Below are positions 59,871 to 64,000 of a stretch of DNA of 64,000 nt, piece after piece; positions within the stretch are counted from its first letter, which is position 1; every line of letters begins with the position of its first letter. The notes beneath the pieces were generated by a model. The model made no database searches, was not told where the DNA came from, and saw only the letters and a list, made by a program, of their open reading frames with translations. Made by a program: the position numbers and the translations under genes. The DNA comes from Raillietiella orientalis (lineage: Eukaryota): NCBI GenBank assembly GCA_036172245.1, contig JAYWIR010000025.1, forward strand, positions 2,790,001 to 2,854,000. Direction: 5' to 3'.

Positions 59871-61829
59871 GCTTCTCTGGCCTCCCACTGTACACCCGGG
59901 TGACCCGAAGCCTTGCCCTCGGTTTTGTTCACTGCAGCTGTGGGGGTGCGCGAGGCGGCTGCGCTCTGAAATCTTGGGGAGTCTATCCCGGTTTTCTCTT
60001 CCAACCGCTTTCCGTACCGCAATGCGACCTGCTTCCGGGTGATCGCCTGAAGGAGTCTTTCGGATCGTTCCGCCCCCCTCCCCCCCCTCCTTCCTCGGGA
60101 AGGAGGCCGTTCAGCTCACGGTCGGGTTCCCACGCAGCTGCGGATGGCGCGCGGTCTCAGCCAACCGCCTGCCAGCGCGCGCCAGCCACTTCGAGGGCGG
60201 CGTCCCCAGCCCCCAGAACCGAACCAGTAGCGACTGTTTCCTGCTCGCAAAGCAGCGGTCCGGAAGCTGGAAAGATTCGAATTTTCGGAGAAGCAGGCGG
60301 TTCCGTTTCCAGAGGAAGAACGAGAAGAAAGAAAGAAAGGAAAGGGTTCGAGCTATTCCCTTTAGGGGCTGCTCAAGGGGCGCAATCGACTCCCGAGGTT
60401 TCTCTCCACCTGAGGAAGAGCTCTCTCTGCTTTCTCTCCGAGCGCTGAGGTCGCAATTTTCCTTCCGGGTCCCGCGCAGAGAGCGCCCAGGGGCGCGCTA
60501 CCAAAAGCCTCGCAGCTCATCGGCGCGGCTCGTCTGCGGGAGGGACGAGGTCATCGGGGCGGAGGCTGAACCGGCCTCGTGGACTGCGAAATGGAGTGGT
60601 CCGGCCGGCGGAGCGAAAAACAGCGCAGGCGCGCGCGTCGGGCGGAGCAGCGTATCCTAGTCGCCTGCGCCTCGACCCGTGCTGTCCCCGCCCTTCCCGT
60701 GTCCTTCGGGGCTTCTCCTCTTGTGCCGGCGTCCCGATGCGAGACTGGAGGCTTCGAGGTGGACCGAGAAGTGAACCGAGCGCCCGGATTGCCTTCGGCA
60801 AAATCGCCTTCGTACATGACTGCACTTTTCCCGCGCAGCTGACTCCATCTCTCTCTTCCCACGCAGGTCCATCGTTACTCCGCACCCACCACACGCTTCG
60901 GCTGTACATATACTACCCACCAGCATCGGACACCTCATTACACTACGCCACCTCTTAGCCGCCGCGCAGAGTCGTCCTGGTAGGAAGGAGGGATGCTCGG
61001 ATTCTTTGTCCGCCTCAGGAACTCATCTCAGGAACCTCATCCTCCCTTATCTGCTCGGTCAGCTGTCCACATCCTGATGTCACGAGAGGAGCGAATCGAT
61101 CTAGAGTCCCTCTGTCACCAGGAAACGCACCCGGAAGAGAGAGAGGGTGAGGCCACTTCGAAACACTCCGTTCCCCGATCACCCGGCAGGTGAGATTTAT
61201 GGAGACCTGACTTGTCGGAATCGATTCTCCACGTAAACCTTGAGGAGCACTTCCGTGTGCTTGCGCTCCGGAAGGTGTGATCGTCCGTCGGGATGGCGTG
61301 CGACGAGAGCTCGCACTCGGGAGGCACGCGAGTGGCTTCCCTGAACGGGTTCACGAGCGTTGAGGTGAGACAGCGAGGAGACGGTCGTCCGGAAGACCGA
61401 TGCTGAGCTGTCCACCCCAGCCCCCTTCTTCCCTCTTCCTCGCGAGACCGCAGACTCTCCTGCGCCCATAAGTGCCCCAAACAGTCGCACTCTTGTGGGG
61501 TTTGTTGCTGGAGCAGGAGAAGCCCCGGAAGGTGGAGGCGGAGGAGAATCCACAAGTTCAACAGCATCTGCATCTTCCTCCTCCCATCTGCGATCGAGGG
61601 CGGACTAACCCAATGCCAGCTGAGCGCAAGCCCTATCTCCCACATCCATCCATCTCTTCCCTGTTCTACGCAGGCCCTCGGGAATCGCATTTGACAGACG
61701 TACTTCATTCCCTAGTTATTGTCCATCCCGTCTTTCCTTCCACTACTCCCTAGTTGTGCCCCCGGCGAGGGTGGTCCCTTTAGGTACGGACCGACACGTA
61801 TCGGGTTTTGACCATCCTCGTTTTGATTT

Positions 61830-63484
61830 ATTACCCTATTTTAAATAGATGATCCGACTATCCGGGATTGCAAGGTCGTGCAAGGTCACGCTGGGACCTT
61901 TTTTGGAGCGAGCAACGTCATCACGCCTGAGAGGGAGACTCTGAGTCCCCTAGGAGTGTACCCCACCCCGAGAGGCGGCGGGAGCCCTATCCCGAGCGTC
62001 CCGGAATGCTCCAGAGGCTGCAGCAGGGATGGATGGGGATACACTGTAGCGACCCTTCGGGTCCCCCCTTCGGAGGAATGTCCATCTCTCCGGGATGACC
62101 GCTTGCCTCCTGGACGGCGATCCCCTGCCACAGCGGTCGCCGAAGAGGAGGGGCGTGGAAAGGGCCCAAACCAAGTTGCGTAGTCCAGGGAAGGCTTGGA
62201 ACTCACGCCATTCTCCTTCTTAGCTTGTTCCCGTCCCTGTCCGCCAGGCAGTGCCGCATCTGGAAATCGCCCGTTCCGGCAAGTTTCACTTGCCGGAACG
62301 GGCCGCGGTATGGAACGCGTTTGCGGCCCCCATCCTTCGCCCCCTACTTTTCGTTTGCCATGTCCCCGTGACAAATAAAGAAGAGGACGAAGGACCTCCG
62401 GCGCATCGCCCTTTGGGACAAGGGGAGGCCCCGAGTCCCTTTGATGGACTTGTGCGCTCCGCGTCGGAATGGCGGTCTTGGCCTCCTGACGCTGGAGCGG
62501 ATGGAAATTCAGCTGCGATGGCGAACCTTGGCCATCGCAGCGAAGTTTCGGTGAGTTTAGGCCCGCTTCCTCGCCAGACGTGTATCCGGAACGGGAGGAC
62601 TTGCATCTCATCTCTTATGCCGCGGCAAGAAGATAAGAAGATGCGACCTTCTCCTCGGACGCATGGTCACCCTGGCGAAGGAGAGCGGGTGGATGGTCTG
62701 CAGCCCCTCCAACCCCAGCGCATGGCTGGATGAACCTGTTGGCACGTGGGCGGAAGTGAATCAGAGGAGCCACGAGACGTGTAATCGCCTGCGACGCGGC
62801 CGCTGCACTCTGCGCGAGATACTGGAGTATCCAGCCAGGGGCACGTGGGCAGAGACAACCTGCCTAGCTACGGCGCTGCCCTTCCTACGGAGGGCCCTCA
62901 TTAGCAGCCGGACGCCGAGGTGGCAAGTCTCTTGCCGTATCGCAGGCAGAGAGAAGTTGATGAGAGATTGGACCATGGGACAGCTGGCGGACGCCACGAC
63001 CCAGAGCGCCTTTCCGCGTGGACTGAAGAAATGAGGCGAGCTGCTAGGCATCACGACGGATGACCTGAAGTGGCCCCCAGTAATAACCGGAAGAAGGATG
63101 CTTCCCCTAAAATGGCCGGAGTCGGCGCTCATGCTGTTGCACTGGGGACTCCCCTGCAACGCGCGCCGCCACCACTGGACACGGGGAAGTGTGAATCCAA
63201 ACTGTGCCAGGTGTGGGGAGCGGGAATCCCTCCCGCACCTTTTAGTTGACTGTGTTTCCCTCCGGCCCCTTTGGGAACGTTTTGAACGACCCTCAGGATC
63301 CCGGTTGGCAACCCTCCCAGAGACGTTTTCCGGCTCCTCTTCGTGCGGGACGCCCTGCAGCCAGCCGCTGTCGTGGCAGCGCTCAGCTGCATCCGCGGTA
63401 TTGTGGCGGCCTAGAGTGGATCCGACGAAGAAGAAGCAAACGACAGGGACGTCATCGAGTATGCGGCTCGTTTCCTGCGAATAG
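61830..63484 (+). mobile_element. L1/Tx1-clade LINE ORF2 3' part with zf-RVT zinc finger (frameshifted)
   Basis: IDDPTI (~61845), FFGASNVITPERE (~61900), LWDKGRPRVPLMDLCAPRRNGGLGLL (62411-62490; classic FiW.gk.pr....l..p...GGLGl) and LLHWGLPCNARRHHW...NCARCGERESLPHLLVDCVSLRPLW (~63135-63275; CCHC zf-RVT). A T-rich tract follows at ~63600-63642. Confidence 0.75.
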
Positions 63485-64000
63485 CAACCCGATGGTCCCA
63501 CCTGGGAAACATGCGGAAGGACCACGTTAGTATCCTGCAAAGGATGGACCCTCCACCAAGAGGAATGTGATCCCTTCCTGACCCTCCAAATAACTATGGT
63601 GTTTTCTTTTTTCAGTTTTCTTTTATTTTTATTTTTGTTTTTCCCCATCCCCCTCCGCTGACGTGGAGAGTCAAGTCGGTCTGCGCACCGACGACCCGGC
63701 AGGTTCCTTGTTTTATTGGCCGCAGCGGGGCTTTGTACTGCAATTGTTATCTGTTTACAATAAACGCCCCGGAGTGACCGGGTGATAACGTTTGGGAATC
63801 GCAGTCATCAGTGCGAAACGAAGCCCCCGCCCGCCCCTCGGTCGACCCTTGCTTCATCCCCTGCCAGAACTGTTCCCAACCAGTCCTTCTCCGACTAAGT
63901 CTGCTGCGGAGACTCTTCGGCCGTGAACTCGGGCACCACCTCTCATCGGGGAAAGGCACTCCCCGCAAGAACTCCATCCTCGGCGCACTGTCGTAAAGTC

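Noticed and set aside
1..64000. CRISPR arrays, rRNA/tRNA genes, prokaryotic operons or defence systems
   Set aside because: No regularly spaced repeats, RNA-gene signatures or operon-like gene packing were seen; the DNA is eukaryotic in character.

Overview
This is eukaryotic (metazoan, probably arthropod/protostome) genomic DNA that is very GC- and CpG-rich, with many microsatellites and homopolymers. Only one intact host protein-coding gene is supportable: a single-ORF, minus-strand PTB-domain adaptor resembling the Drosophila CG12581 family (36788-38515). Most of the rest is a graveyard of deeply decayed transposable elements, recognisable only from ordered residual motifs. These comprise about five Ty3/Gypsy pol relics, about seven non-LTR (LINE) RT relics (clearest: a Tx1/L1-like 3' end with zf-RVT at about 61.8-63.5 kb), two isolated EEP/APE endonuclease relics, and a probable Helentron-type RepHel-endonuclease relic (about 28.7-31.3 kb). 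Structural oddities include a perfect 199-bp direct repeat bracketing a decayed Gypsy body, a third inverted copy of its terminus, a 75-bp near-perfect duplication, a TTAA-centred 44-bp palindrome, and several RFX X-box motifs. No rRNA, tRNA, CRISPR or prokaryotic system was seen, and I found no convincing new multi-gene system. TE calls are by-eye motif matches with approximate boundaries and need HMM confirmation. Most long ORFs in the supplied track are GC-bias or antisense shadows.
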